Counted from the first letter of the stretch, positions 1 through 9,997 are shown. The stretch is 64,000 nucleotides of DNA from Porphyromonadaceae bacterium CG2_30_38_12 (GCA_001873635.1 MNZK01000069.1:2594-66593), one strand, 5' to 3'. Notes: generated by a model from the sequence alone, not told the origin. Made by a program: numbers and translations.

Positions 1-942
1 TTTTCAAATGGTTTTGAAAATGCAACCGTAATGGTTGCTGACTCCGGAAGGCTTAAATTTAGTATCGATAAAAAATATATTCTGTTGCAACTATATGATG
101 GTGAGAGTTTTGAAAATCTCAAGAATCAAACCAATAGTTACAACTCCACAAGCATTCCTTACCGTCGCGAAACTTTTGGTACGAAGGAAATTTTAATCGA
201 TTTTGATTCTGAGTTTAACCGCTACGATGAGTCTATTTTACAAGACCAACATGTAAGTAAAAACTTATCACAATTAACACACTCAATTGATTCTGTAACA
301 AAAGTTATTGCCGAAAGACAAACCGAACAGTCGAAAGAAATTGTGCAGCGGCATTATTTTGGTCGGGAAATAAACTGGAATACACCTTTGCGTTTGGCAA
401 AAAAAGTTAGCACTGCGAACTTTAATTCTGATAGCTTGTTTCTAAAATTAGATCGTCCGACTATGGAAATGGCATCGAACATTGCGCTGCAAAAAGCCAA
501 CGAAATGAAAGGACAAATTGAATATAACAAATTAAATATTGGCGATCCATCGCAATACAAAAGTCGCCATCAGATTGAGTGGCACCGAAAATTTACTTTA
601 TCATTTGCGTGCCTCATATTTTTCTTTATTGGCGCTCCCTTGGGGGCAATTATTCGCAAAGGGGGGTTGGGTGCACCCGTTGTAATCTCGGTTATCATGT
701 TTATTTTTTACTATATTATTGACAATACAGGCTATAAAATGGCGCGTGAAAATTATTGGACAGCCATTCAGGGAATGTGGCTTAGCTCATCGGTATTGTT
801 GCCTGTTGGGATTTTTCTAACTTATAAAGCTGCGGTTGATGCCACCTTATTCAACATAGAGTCTTATATCAATTTTAGTAAAAAAATAAGAAACTTTTTG
901 TATCTGAAAATTTTTAAAATCACTCCCCAAGAAACACTATAA
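1..942 (+). CDS. LptF/LptG-family LPS export permease, 5'-truncated by the window edge
   Basis: Frame 1 is open from base 1. C-terminal signature EWHRKFTLSFACLIFFFIGAPLGAIIRKGG followed by two more TM helices is typical of LptF/G (YjgP/YjgQ). Confidence 0.88.
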   Translation, partial: FSNGFENATVMVADSGRLKFSIDKKYILLQLYDGESFENLKNQTNSYNSTSIPYRRETFGTKEILIDFDSEFNRYDESILQDQHVSKNLSQLTHSIDSVTKVIAERQTEQSKEIVQRHYFGREINWNTPLRLAKKVSTANFNSDSLFLKLDRPTMEMASNIALQKANEMKGQIEYNKLNIGDPSQYKSRHQIEWHRKFTLSFACLIFFFIGAPLGAIIRKGGLGAPVVISVIMFIFYYIIDNTGYKMARENYWTAIQGMWLSSSVLLPVGIFLTYKAAVDATLFNIESYINFSKKIRNFLYLKIFKITPQETL

Positions 943-951
943 ATCAATAGA

Positions 952-2163
952 ATGGAATCAGTTTTAAATAGTATTGCCGAAGCTTTAGAGGATATTAAAG
1001 CCGGAAAATTAGTAATTGTGGTTGATGACGAAGATCGCGAAAATGAAGGCGATTTTGTGTGTGCTGCCGAAAAAATGACACCCGAGCTTGTGAATTTTAT
1101 GGTTACGCATGGTCGTGGATTGCTTTGTGCGCCAATCACTGAGGAGCGTGCAGCTGAGTTGGAACTCGAAATGCAGACGCAGCTCAATACGTCGATTCAT
1201 GGCACTCCATTCACAATCAGTATCGATAAATTAGACGGCTGCACTACCGGCGTATCGGCTGCCGATAGGGCTGCTACTTTTGTGGCGCTTACCGATTCAA
1301 CTTCAAAGCCCGAAACTTTTGGGCGTCCTGGACATGTTTTCCCACTTCGTGCCCGCTCCAAAGGCGTATTGCGCAGGGCAGGACATACCGAGGCGGGTGT
1401 TGATTTGGCGCGTTTAGCCGGCCTTTATCCTGCAGCCGCACTGATTGAAATTATGAACGAAGATGGAACAATGGCGCGATTGCCGCAGCTACTCGATATT
1501 GCTAACCAATTTCATCTTAAACTTATTTCTATCAAAGATTTGATTGCATATCGTTTGATGTCAGAATCGTTGGTTGAAAAAGGTGAAAAAGTGAATTTGC
1601 CTACTTCTTATGGCGAATTCAAATTAATACCTTTTCGCCAATTGTCAAACGGTTTGGAGCATGTAGCGCTCATAAAAGGTAGTTGGGAAATGGATGAGGC
1701 TATTTTGGTGCGTGTTCATTCTTCGTGTGTTACTGGCGATATTTTCGGGTCCATGCGTTGCGAATGTGGCGAGCAGCTTCACAAATCTATGGAAATGATT
1801 GAGGCTGCCGGCAAGGGTGTCGTGTTGTATATGAATCAGGAGGGGCGTGGCATTGGTTTGATGAACAAAATTAAAGCCTACAAGCTCCAAGAAGAGGGCA
1901 TGGATACGGTGGATGCAAACATTCATTTAGGCTTTAAAGCCGATGAACGCGACTATGGTGTGGGTGCTCAGATTTTGCGTGAATTAGGTGTAAGTAAAAT
2001 TAAATTACTCACCAACAATCCGCTTAAAAGAATAGGTATTGAAGCTTACGGGCTAACAATTGTGGAAAATGTACCGATTGAAATTAAGCCCAATAAATAC
2101 AACGAGTTTTATATGCAAACTAAAAAGATGCGTATGGGACACGATCTGAAATACTCTAAATAA
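952..2163 (+). CDS. ribBA: Bifunctional 3,4-dihydroxy-2-butanone-4-phosphate synthase / GTP cyclohydrolase II
   Basis: [12 protein letters not shown] and RRAGHTEA (RibB) motifs; [23 protein letters not shown] and QEGRGIGL (RibA) motifs. Confidence 0.97.
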   Translation: MESVLNSIAEALEDIKAGKLVIVVDDEDRENEGDFVCAAEKMTPELVNFMVTHGRGLLCAPITEERAAELELEMQTQLNTSIHGTPFTISIDKLDGCTTGVSAADRAATFVALTDSTSKPETFGRPGHVFPLRARSKGVLRRAGHTEAGVDLARLAGLYPAAALIEIMNEDGTMARLPQLLDIANQFHLKLISIKDLIAYRLMSESLVEKGEKVNLPTSYGEFKLIPFRQLSNGLEHVALIKGSWEMDEAILVRVHSSCVTGDIFGSMRCECGEQLHKSMEMIEAAGKGVVLYMNQEGRGIGLMNKIKAYKLQEEGMDTVDANIHLGFKADERDYGVGAQILRELGVSKIKLLTNNPLKRIGIEAYGLTIVENVPIEIKPNKYNEFYMQTKKMRMGHDLKYSK

Positions 2164-2223
2164 AGCAATTTTTTTTTTAATACAACATCGTAGCTTAAGC
2201 CGCGTAAAACTTATACTTTTTTG

Positions 2224-2261
2224 AAGCCTGAAAATATTATTTTCAGGCTTTTCTTTTTTTT
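2224..2261 (+). terminator. Intrinsic terminator after ribBA
   Basis: AAGCCTGAAAAT-att-ATTTTCAGGCTT perfect 12-bp stem followed by a T-rich tract. Confidence 0.85.
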
Positions 2262-2275
2262 GTATAATTGAAACT

Positions 2276-2304
2276 TGGAAACTTTTATGTTTTCAAAGTT
2301 TCCA
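2276..2304. promoter_or_regulatory. Candidate TetR-type operator (10-9-10 inverted repeat)
   Basis: TGGAAACTTT-tatgttttc-AAAGTTTCCA perfect inverted repeat upstream of the tetR-RND operon. Confidence 0.5.
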
Positions 2305-2407
2305 TTTTTATTTTTTAAATATCTGTAAATCAATGATTAATTTTTAATTAAATATATTTAACAGTAAATTTATCAACTTATATGCAAGGCAATTGTTCGT
2401 AAGATTG

Positions 2408-2417
2408 TAATTTTGCA
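2408..2417 (+). promoter_or_regulatory. Bacteroidota sigma-A -7 box for the tetR-efflux operon
   Basis: TAATTTTGCA matches TAnnTTTG, about 70 bp before the GTG start. Confidence 0.6.
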
Positions 2418-2484
2418 ACTTAAAAATATAACTCCTAGTTGTGAATATTAAATTATAGCTAATAGCATAGAAAAGTAAACGTAA

Positions 2485-3087
2485 GTGAAAGAAGAAATCA
2501 TACAAATTGCAGGAAAGTTGTTTCATAAATCCGGTGTCAGAAACATTTCGATTGAAGATGTATGTTCTGAACTACATATTTCTAAAAAAACATTTTATAC
2601 GCATTTTCAGCAAAAAGAAGATTTGATTGATGCCGTAATGGACGATACGCGTAAAATGCACATGGATAAGTTTGAAAAGAACTTGAATAATAAAAAAGCT
2701 ATTGATGCCTTAATTTTTATTGTTCGAGAGCTCAAAAAAAATGCTGAATGTGAACCACATCAACTTTGGTTCGACATTCAAAAGTATTATCCCAAAGTCT
2801 TTGTTAAATACGAAAAACTCAAACAAGAAATTATTAAACAAGGTTTTGAAGGAAATTTGTTTCAGGGAATTGAAGAAGGACATTATCGAAAAAATTTAGA
2901 CATTGAACTTGTAAGTCTTTTTCATTCCGTACAAATGAAATCTACTTTTGAAATGATGAATGAAAATCAAAAAAAATACACTAAAAAGCGCATGATGGAT
3001 TTTTACATTGATTTGATTATACATTTGATTGCCAATGAAGATGGCTTGCTTTATTTTGAACAACATTATTTTAACGACGATAAATAA
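2485..3087 (+). CDS. TetR/AcrR-family transcriptional regulator
   Basis: N-terminal HTH LFHKSGVRNISIEDVCSELHISKKTFYTHFQQKEDL; 200 aa; GTG start; first gene of the efflux operon. Confidence 0.93.
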   Translation: MKEEIIQIAGKLFHKSGVRNISIEDVCSELHISKKTFYTHFQQKEDLIDAVMDDTRKMHMDKFEKNLNNKKAIDALIFIVRELKKNAECEPHQLWFDIQKYYPKVFVKYEKLKQEIIKQGFEGNLFQGIEEGHYRKNLDIELVSLFHSVQMKSTFEMMNENQKKYTKKRMMDFYIDLIIHLIANEDGLLYFEQHYFNDDK

Positions 3088-3113
3088 CGAATTAACTAAT
3101 TAATTAATTTAAC

Positions 3114-4457
3114 ATGTATATGACTTTTAAACAAATGAAAATGAAACACTTAGTAGCAATGAGCTGTATCGGCTTGTTGTGGGCTACAAGTGCGTTTGGG
3201 CAGGATACTTTGTCGGTATCGCTACCTAATGCACTCGAAATAGCAATGAGTAAAAGCCCGACCATTAAAATTGCCAACAAGGAATTGACACGAATTGACT
3301 ATGCCAACAAAGAGAAATTTGCTGCTTTGTATCCGAACATTTCAGCTGCCTTGTCCTACCAACGTGCCCTCAAAAAGCAACGTTTGTTCTTTAACTTCCC
3401 AGGTGCTCCTGTTAACCCGGATGGCATCGAAGTGGGGCAGGACAATACTTTTACCACTGGCATTTCGGCATCAATGCCTTTGATATCGCCTACCTTGTGG
3501 GCATCGTTGCAAATGACCGAAACCGATTTGCAACTTGCTGTTGAAACGGCACGATCATCGAAGCTATCTTTGAAAAACCAGGTTACCAAAGCCTATTATG
3601 CGATTTTACTCACGCAAGATCAGCTCAACGTATTCAAACATACTTACGACAATGCGGTAGAGAATGCTCGCATTATATACAATAAGTACAAACAAGGTAC
3701 GGTGTCCGAATTTGAATGGATACGCGCTGATGTGCAAGTGAAAAATGCTAATACAAATGTTGTATCCACACAAAGTGCTGTGAATGCAAGTAAATTACAG
3801 CTCAAAATGTTGATGGGCGTGGATATGTTTACCGAAATTAAAGTTGCCGATAACTTGGCAGCTTTTGAAAAAAATATGTACGCCGATGTGCTTTCCATAG
3901 ACACAACCCAACTGAAAACGAACACGGATGTAAAACAAATGGAGCTGAAAACAAAGCAATTAAACCATGCATTAAAAATTCAGAAAGCCGGTTGGTGGCC
4001 TACTTTAGCAGCCAGTTTTAATTATCAATACATGGCTATGCCCAACGATGGTGCTCCTTTTGTTTGGTTTCCAATGTCGAATGCGGGCGTGCAACTCTCC
4101 ATTCCAATTTTTCAGGGTGGTGCTCGCCTCTACAAGCAAAAGCAAATTCAAATTCAGCTTTCTGAAATGGATGATCAGCGCGAAAATTTACGCCGAAGTT
4201 TAGAAATGCAGTTGATTTCGTATTTGGATAATATTAAAAAAGCCATTGATAAAATAGAATCGAACAAAGAAGGCTTGCGACAAGCAGAAAAGGCGCTTTC
4301 TATTGCCAAAAAACTATATGAAGTGGGCTCGAGCACTTACCTTGATTTGGCTAACTCCGAACTGGCTTACAGTAGCGCTGGCTTATCCTACAATCAATCC
4401 ATTTTCGATTATTTATCGGCAAAAACAGATTTAGAAAAACTTTTAGGAAAAGAATAA
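3114..4457 (+). CDS. TolC-family outer membrane efflux protein
   Basis: Signal peptide, two OEP-like repeats (ALYPNIS / GWWPTLAA, LSIPIFQG, YEVGSSTYLDL); operon context. Exact start Met is uncertain. Confidence 0.92.
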   Translation: MYMTFKQMKMKHLVAMSCIGLLWATSAFGQDTLSVSLPNALEIAMSKSPTIKIANKELTRIDYANKEKFAALYPNISAALSYQRALKKQRLFFNFPGAPVNPDGIEVGQDNTFTTGISASMPLISPTLWASLQMTETDLQLAVETARSSKLSLKNQVTKAYYAILLTQDQLNVFKHTYDNAVENARIIYNKYKQGTVSEFEWIRADVQVKNANTNVVSTQSAVNASKLQLKMLMGVDMFTEIKVADNLAAFEKNMYADVLSIDTTQLKTNTDVKQMELKTKQLNHALKIQKAGWWPTLAASFNYQYMAMPNDGAPFVWFPMSNAGVQLSIPIFQGGARLYKQKQIQIQLSEMDDQRENLRRSLEMQLISYLDNIKKAIDKIESNKEGLRQAEKALSIAKKLYEVGSSTYLDLANSELAYSSAGLSYNQSIFDYLSAKTDLEKLLGKE

Positions 4458-4493
4458 TTATTTGACGAACATTAAAACAAACATAGAAAAGAT

Positions 4494-5513
4494 ATGAAAA
4501 AAATGAAATCAGTTGGACTAATAACACTTGCCATTGCCTTAGCAATGAGTGCTTGTGGAAAGAAAGATGCAACAAGCAAAGCGGTTGCTGCCGAAAAAAT
4601 TAAAGTTAAAATTGCAGCTACAACGGAACGTGAAATTGAACAAAGCTCTGAGTTTACGGCTACCGTAGAGCCCGAGGTTAAAAATAATATTGCTCCTGCT
4701 GCTCCTGGTCGCATACGGCAAATTTTTGTAAATGTGGGTTCTACCGTTACTAAAGGGCAACGCTTAGCACAGATGGATGTTGCTAATTTGTCGAACTCGG
4801 AAACGCAATTGGATAACTTACGACGCGTTTACAAACGTGTTTCGGAGCTTTTCAATGTAGGTGGTGCATCCCAACAAGAACTTGATAACGCCAAATTACA
4901 ATTGGATGTGGCTGAAACAAATTTGAAAAATTTGGGCGAAAATACCTATTTATTAAGTCCTATCAACGGTGTAATTACCGCTAAAAATTACGACGTCGGT
5001 GATATGTATAGTGCTCAAATGCCTATACTTACTGTGATGCAAATCAATCCCGTGAAAATAAAAATTAATGTATCAGAATCTTTTTACAGTACCTTGAAAG
5101 TGGGCATGGATGTGGATGTGAAAGTGGATGTGTTTGCCGACCAAAAGTTTCGTGCCAAAGTAAGTTTGATTTATCCTACCATCGATGACCGCACGCGCAC
5201 ATTCCCCGTAGAAGTGAAGTTGGCAAATGCTAATTCGAAGGTTCGTCCGGGCATGTTTGCGCGCGTTTTCATGAATTTTGGCAAGGTAAAGCGCGTAGTT
5301 GTACCTGACTTGGCCGTTGTGAAACAGTCGGGTTCGGGTGGTCGTTATGTGTATGTTTACCAACAGGGTAAGGTGGAATTCCGCGAAGTGCAAATAGGGC
5401 AACGTTTTGATACGGAGTACGAAATTATTTCGGGTATTACGGCTGGCGAGCAAATTGTTGTTTCGGGGCAGAGTAAGTTGGTGGATGGTGCCGATGTAGA
5501 AGTGATAAAGTAA
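4494..5513 (+). CDS. RND efflux periplasmic adaptor (MFP), lipoprotein
   Basis: Lipobox AMSAC; GRIRQIFVNVGSTVTKGQ lipoyl motif, SPINGVI, RPGMFARV. Confidence 0.94.
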   Translation: MKKMKSVGLITLAIALAMSACGKKDATSKAVAAEKIKVKIAATTEREIEQSSEFTATVEPEVKNNIAPAAPGRIRQIFVNVGSTVTKGQRLAQMDVANLSNSETQLDNLRRVYKRVSELFNVGGASQQELDNAKLQLDVAETNLKNLGENTYLLSPINGVITAKNYDVGDMYSAQMPILTVMQINPVKIKINVSESFYSTLKVGMDVDVKVDVFADQKFRAKVSLIYPTIDDRTRTFPVEVKLANANSKVRPGMFARVFMNFGKVKRVVVPDLAVVKQSGSGGRYVYVYQQGKVEFREVQIGQRFDTEYEIISGITAGEQIVVSGQSKLVDGADVEVIK

Positions 5514-5534
5514 TAATATAAAATTAGTAAAACT

Positions 5535-8500
5535 ATGAGTATATATCAAAGTGCTGTAAGAAAGCCAGTTATGACTTCGCTTATTTTTATAGGTGTTGTT
5601 ATTCTAGGTCTTTTCTCACTCAATAAGTTACCAGTCGATTTGCTGCCGAATATCGAAACCAATACGATTATGGTTATTACAACCTACGATGGTGCAAGTG
5701 CTTCCGACATTGAAACAAACATTACGCGACCCTTAGAAAATTCGCTCAATACGGTTTCAAATTTAAAAAATATAAAATCTGTATCGCGTGAAAACAGGTC
5801 ATTAATAACCCTTGAGTTTAACTATGGGGATAATATTGAGGAGCTTACCAACGACGTGCGCGACAAATTAGATATGGTAAAATCTTTTCTACCTGAAGGT
5901 GCCAAAGATCCTATTATTTTTAAATTTAGTACAGAGATGATTCCGGTAATTATGATTGCCGCTAATGCCGAAAAGAGTTTGCCTGCTTTGTACAAGATAT
6001 TGGATGATAATGTTGCCAATCCTTTGGCACGCATCAATGGGGTAGGCTCTGTGTCAATAAGCGGTGCTCCCAAGCGTGAAATTCAAGTTTACATTGACCC
6101 TATGAGGCTGGAGGCTTACCATTTAACCATCGAAGCCATAGGTCAATATATTCGGATGGAAAACATAAATACACCTGCCGGAAACATGGATATTGGGAAT
6201 GAAACCTATGCTTTGCGCGTTCAGGGTGAATTTAAAAATTCAGCTGAACTTAACAAAATAGTGGTTGGCTCTGCTGGAGGAAAAACAGTGTATCTGTCGG
6301 ATGTAGCGGTGGTGAAAGATAATTTGGAAGAACGTACGCAGCGAACTTTTACGAACGGAAAGCCCGGTGCAACCATTGTGGTACAAAAGCAATCGGGAGC
6401 AAACACTGTAAACATTGCTAATGCCGTCCTGAAAGCTTTACCTGGTATTCAGAAAACGCTCCCTGCCGATGTAAAACTGAATGTAATTGTTGATACTTCC
6501 GAAAGTATTAAGCAAACTATTTCAGGATTAACTGAAACGGTATTGTATGCTTTTCTTTTTGTTGTGTTAGTTGTGCTGTTTTTCTTAGGACGTTGGCGAG
6601 CCACAGTTATCATCATTCTTACCATACCTATCTCACTTATTACAGCATTTATTTACCTCTATGGCACTGGTGGAACATTGAATATCATATCATTGAGTGC
6701 CCTTTCGGTGGCTATTGGTATGGTGGTGGACGATGCTATTGTGGTGCTCGAAAACGTAACGACCCACATTGAGCGCGGAAGTCGCCCCGCAAGTGCTGCT
6801 GTGCATGGTACCAACGAGGTGGCATTGTCGGTAGTTGCTTCTACGCTAACGCTGATTGCAGTTTTTTTCCCATTAACCCTGATTACGGGTGCAGCGGGAG
6901 TAATGTTCCAACAGCTCGGCTGGATGGTTACCATTATCATGACTGTTTCGATGATATGTGCGCTTACCCTGACGCCTATGCTGAGTGCGCAATTGTTACG
7001 TTTGAACCCCAAACGGAGCAAAACTTTTACGGCTATTTACTCGCCTATCGAACATTTTTTAGGCTCTTTGGACAATTTCTACGCACGTGTTGTGAATTGG
7101 GCTATCCGCCACCGTGGCTTGGTAGTGATACTGACAACGATATTTTTTATTCTGAGTATTTTGCCTGCCAAGTTTATTGGTACGGAATATATTCCTGCTC
7201 AGGATAACGGACGAATTGCAGCTACCATTGAGTTGCCGGTGGGTACACGCATGGAAATCACCCAGCGAATAGCTGAGCAATTAAAAGAGCTATGGAATAA
7301 AAAATATCCAGAAATTGACATGATCAATTTTTCGGTTGGGCAGGCTGCAAGTTCCAATGTTTGGGGTTCGCTGCAAACCAACGGCTCGAATATTATTTCC
7401 ATGAATTTTAGGTTTTTACCTTTAAGCCAGCGAAGTAGATCGATGTTTGCCATATCGGATAGTATCAGCAACGATTTGAAAAACTTTCCCGAAATATCAA
7501 AATCTAAAGTCATTGCTGGTGGTGGTATGAGCATGATGGGTGGTCAGTCGTCCTTGGATGTGGAAGTGTATGGTTATGATTTTAATCAAACGGATAAAGT
7601 TGCAAAAGCATTGGCTAAAGATATTGGTGCTATCAAAGGTTTAACGAATGTGAGTTTAAGTCGTACGGATTACACGCCTGAATATCAAGTGGACTTTGAT
7701 AGGGAAAAATTGGCTCAAAACGGTTTAAATATTGCTACCGCTTCCACTTATTTGCGAAACCGCATTAATGGACTCACGGCTTCATTGTTTCGCGAAGAGG
7801 GTGAGGAATATACCATTCGTGTTGTTTATGGACCCGAATATCGTCAGTCTATTCAGGCAATAGAAGATATAATGATTTACAATAATCAAGGTCAGGGTGT
7901 GCGTTTAAAAGATTTAGGCAAAGTGGTTGAGCGTTTTACGCCGCCAACCATTGAACGAAAAAATCGACAGCGTTTGGTTACGGTTTCCTCCACCGTATCG
8001 GGGACAACCATTGACAAAGCTGTAGCGGGAATTAATGCCGCAATCGATAAAATTGATATGCCACAAAATTTATATGTAAAAATTGGTGGAACCTATATTG
8101 ACCAGCAGGATTCTTTCAAAGATTTGTTAAGTTTGTTGCTCATCATTATTATGTTAGTGTTTATTGTGATGGCTTCTCAGTTTGAGTCGCTTTCGTCGCC
8201 ATTCATCATCATGTTTACCGTTCCTTTTGCTTTTTCGGGTGTTATTTTATCCTTAGCAATTACAGGAAGTACGCTGAATATGATGTCCTTTGTTGGTATG
8301 ATTATGTTGATTGGTATTGTTGTAAAAAATGGAATTGTATTAGTGGATTATATTAACCTCAATCGGGAACGCGGCATGGGTATCATTCGTGCCACTGTGA
8401 GTGGTGGTAAATCGCGTTTGCGTCCAGTATTGATGACTACGTTGACCACTATTTTGGGTATGCTGCCCTTGGCGTTGAGTAATTCAGAAGGCTCTGAACT

Positions 8501-8675
8501 TTGGAAATCCATGGCAATTACAGTAATTGGTGGTTTAGCGGTATCTACTTTACTTACGCTTATTATTGTCCCTACTATCTACACAATATTCAAAGGAAAT
8601 GGGGTACGAAAACAACACAAAAAACTTCGTCGTGCGGATGCTCTCAAACTATTGGAGGCAAACAATGCGAAGTAA
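5535..8675 (+). CDS. RND efflux permease (AcrB/AcrD/AcrF family)
   Basis: 1046 aa; AIGMVVDDAIVVLEN, GIVVKNGIVLVD and SRLRPVLMTT proton-relay motifs. Confidence 0.96.
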   Translation: MSIYQSAVRKPVMTSLIFIGVVILGLFSLNKLPVDLLPNIETNTIMVITTYDGASASDIETNITRPLENSLNTVSNLKNIKSVSRENRSLITLEFNYGDNIEELTNDVRDKLDMVKSFLPEGAKDPIIFKFSTEMIPVIMIAANAEKSLPALYKILDDNVANPLARINGVGSVSISGAPKREIQVYIDPMRLEAYHLTIEAIGQYIRMENINTPAGNMDIGNETYALRVQGEFKNSAELNKIVVGSAGGKTVYLSDVAVVKDNLEERTQRTFTNGKPGATIVVQKQSGANTVNIANAVLKALPGIQKTLPADVKLNVIVDTSESIKQTISGLTETVLYAFLFVVLVVLFFLGRWRATVIIILTIPISLITAFIYLYGTGGTLNIISLSALSVAIGMVVDDAIVVLENVTTHIERGSRPASAAVHGTNEVALSVVASTLTLIAVFFPLTLITGAAGVMFQQLGWMVTIIMTVSMICALTLTPMLSAQLLRLNPKRSKTFTAIYSPIEHFLGSLDNFYARVVNWAIRHRGLVVILTTIFFILSILPAKFIGTEYIPAQDNGRIAATIELPVGTRMEITQRIAEQLKELWNKKYPEIDMINFSVGQAASSNVWGSLQTNGSNIISMNFRFLPLSQRSRSMFAISDSISNDLKNFPEISKSKVIAGGGMSMMGGQSSLDVEVYGYDFNQTDKVAKALAKDIGAIKGLTNVSLSRTDYTPEYQVDFDREKLAQNGLNIATASTYLRNRINGLTASLFREEGEEYTIRVVYGPEYRQSIQAIEDIMIYNNQGQGVRLKDLGKVVERFTPPTIERKNRQRLVTVSSTVSGTTIDKAVAGINAAIDKIDMPQNLYVKIGGTYIDQQDSFKDLLSLLLIIIMLVFIVMASQFESLSSPFIIMFTVPFAFSGVILSLAITGSTLNMMSFVGMIMLIGIVVKNGIVLVDYINLNRERGMGIIRATVSGGKSRLRPVLMTTLTTILGMLPLALSNSEGSELWKSMAITVIGGLAVSTLLTLIIVPTIYTIFKGNGVRKQHKKLRRADALKLLEANNAK

Positions 8676-8813
8676 ATCTGACCCATTGGGGCATAATTAA
8701 ATTTTTCAGGGAGCTTGCCTATTGCATGTAGGCTCTATCTTACAATTTAGTATGTGAATTTTAAAAATGATTGAAACGGGCATCAAAACAGATGCTATCT
8801 AAAATATAAACAC

Positions 8814-9107
8814 ATGAAATCAATATTTATAGCTTACGATCAAGCATACCACGAACAAATTTTGAGCATTCTTAATTTTAATCATGTACGTGGATTTACT
8901 GCCTGGCCTGAAGTGCAAGGAAAAGGCAGTAAAACCGGCGAACCACACTTGGGCGACCATGCCTGGCCTTCGTTGAACGCTTCGCTCATTACCATTGTGG
9001 ATGATGTAAAAGTGAAGCCTATCTTAGCGCAGTTGCGCGACTTGGATGAAACCTCCAAACTGATGGGATTGCGCGCCTTTGTATGGAATATCGAAGATGG
9101 TATTTAA
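8814..9107 (+). CDS. P-II-like small protein associated with RND transporters (PG0541-type)
   Basis: 97 aa; VRGFTAWPEVQGKGSKTGEPHLGDHAWP resembles the P-II fold G-x-G/T-loop region; last gene of the RND operon. Confidence 0.75.
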   Translation: MKSIFIAYDQAYHEQILSILNFNHVRGFTAWPEVQGKGSKTGEPHLGDHAWPSLNASLITIVDDVKVKPILAQLRDLDETSKLMGLRAFVWNIEDGI

Positions 9108-9112
9108 AATAA

Positions 9113-9153
9113 AAAAAAGAAGAAATAAATTTATTATTTATTTCTTCTTTTTT
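9113..9153. terminator. Bidirectional terminator between the efflux operon and the tRNA pair
   Basis: AAAAAAGAAGAAATAAAT-ttatt-ATTTATTTCTTCTTTTTT inverted repeat between convergent units. Confidence 0.7.
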
Positions 9154-9163
9154 CGAGATTGAG

Positions 9164-9236
9164 AGCGGAAGACGGGACTCAAACCCGCGACCCTCAGCTT
9201 GGAAGGCTAATGCTCTATCAACTGAGCTACTTCCGC
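9164..9236 (-). tRNA. tRNA-Gly (TCC)
   Basis: Reverse complement GCGGAAGTAGCTCAGTTGATAGAGCATTAGCCTTCCAAGCTGAGGGTCGCGGGTTTGAGTCCCGTCTTCCGCT folds as a cloverleaf; anticodon TCC, U discriminator. Confidence 0.95.
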
Positions 9237-9311
9237 AAAATACAAGTTGAAAATTTGAGAAAGAGTTAATCTGAAAAATAATTTTCAAATTTTCAAATTT
9301 TCAATTTTTTG

Positions 9312-9394
9312 TGGGCAGTGAAGGATTCGAACCTCCGAAGTCGAAAGACAGCTGAGTTACAGTCAGCCCCAGTTGGCCACTTTGGTAACTGCCC
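9312..9394 (-). tRNA. tRNA-Tyr (GTA)
   Basis: Reverse complement GGGCAGTTACCAAAGTGGCCAACTGGGGCTGACTGTAACTCAGCTG...GGAGGTTCGAATCCTTCACTGCCCA; long variable arm, anticodon GTA. Confidence 0.96.
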
Positions 9395-9412
9395 CAATTT
9401 TTCCTAAAGCGC

Positions 9413-9422
9413 TGCAAAGATA
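9413..9422 (-). promoter_or_regulatory. -7 promoter box of the tRNA-Tyr/Gly transcript
   Basis: TATCTTTGCA on the minus strand, about 18 nt before tRNA-Tyr. Confidence 0.7.
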
Positions 9423-9438
9423 GTCATTTATAAGAATA

Positions 9439-9933
9439 CTACCAAACAATATTAGCCATTTTTATTGCTGTAACAGCCGCTTCGGTGCCTTTATTCCCGT
9501 GTATTCCATCGGCTCTATCCAGCGCTTGTTGTAAGGTATTGGTAGTCAGAACTCCAAAAATTACGGGGCATACATCTATTTTTGCATTTAGCTTAGCAAT
9601 GCCGTAGGTAACTCCCTGACAAACATAATCAAAATGAGGAGTATCGCCCTGTATAACGCATCCCAGCACAATCACTGCTTCAAAACGCTTGCTATTAACT
9701 AATGTCTTGGCAGCGTAGGTTAATTCAAAAGCACCTGGCACATGAATAACGGTTAAGTTTTCGGGGTACACGCCTTGATTCACCAAGGTATCGTAGGCTC
9801 CTCTGAGAAGAACATGCGTGATTTCAGCATTCCAATCAGCCACGGCAATGGCATACTTTTGAAGTTGCACATTTGTTTTTGGGGGCATTGCGTTGGGGTC
9901 GTAGGTGGAAAGATTTTGATATATGGTAGCCAT
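9439..9933 (-). CDS. ribH: 6,7-dimethyl-8-ribityllumazine synthase
   Basis: VPGAFEL, GCVIQGDTPHFDYV, FGVLTT and GNKGTEAA motifs. Confidence 0.96.
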   Translation of the reverse strand: MATIYQNLSTYDPNAMPPKTNVQLQKYAIAVADWNAEITHVLLRGAYDTLVNQGVYPENLTVIHVPGAFELTYAAKTLVNSKRFEAVIVLGCVIQGDTPHFDYVCQGVTYGIAKLNAKIDVCPVIFGVLTTNTLQQALDRADGIHGNKGTEAAVTAIKMANIVW

Positions 9934-9962
9934 ATTTGTGTCTGTTTATTTTTTTTTTATTT

Positions 9963-9997
9963 AAAAAAAGCTACTTCTAATCTTCAGAAGTAGCTTT
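9963..9997 (-). terminator. Terminator-like hairpin between the TPR gene and ribH
   Basis: AAAGCTACTTCT-aatcttc-AGAAGTAGCTTT with a U-tract on the minus strand. Confidence 0.7.

Noticed and set aside
943-951. FMN riboswitch before ribBA (or before ribH at 9934-10018)
   Set aside because: Only 9 bp separate the permease from ribBA, and the ribH upstream gap holds only a simple hairpin. No RFN consensus is visible.
9019-9288. 89-aa minus-strand ORF
   Set aside because: It is a translation of the tRNA-Gly gene and terminator and overlaps the P-II-like gene antisense.
9280-9306. ATTTTCAA short tandem repeats between the tRNAs (similar runs at 60814-60900)
   Set aside because: Low-complexity AT-rich octamers with about three copies. 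No function can be argued from the sequence alone.
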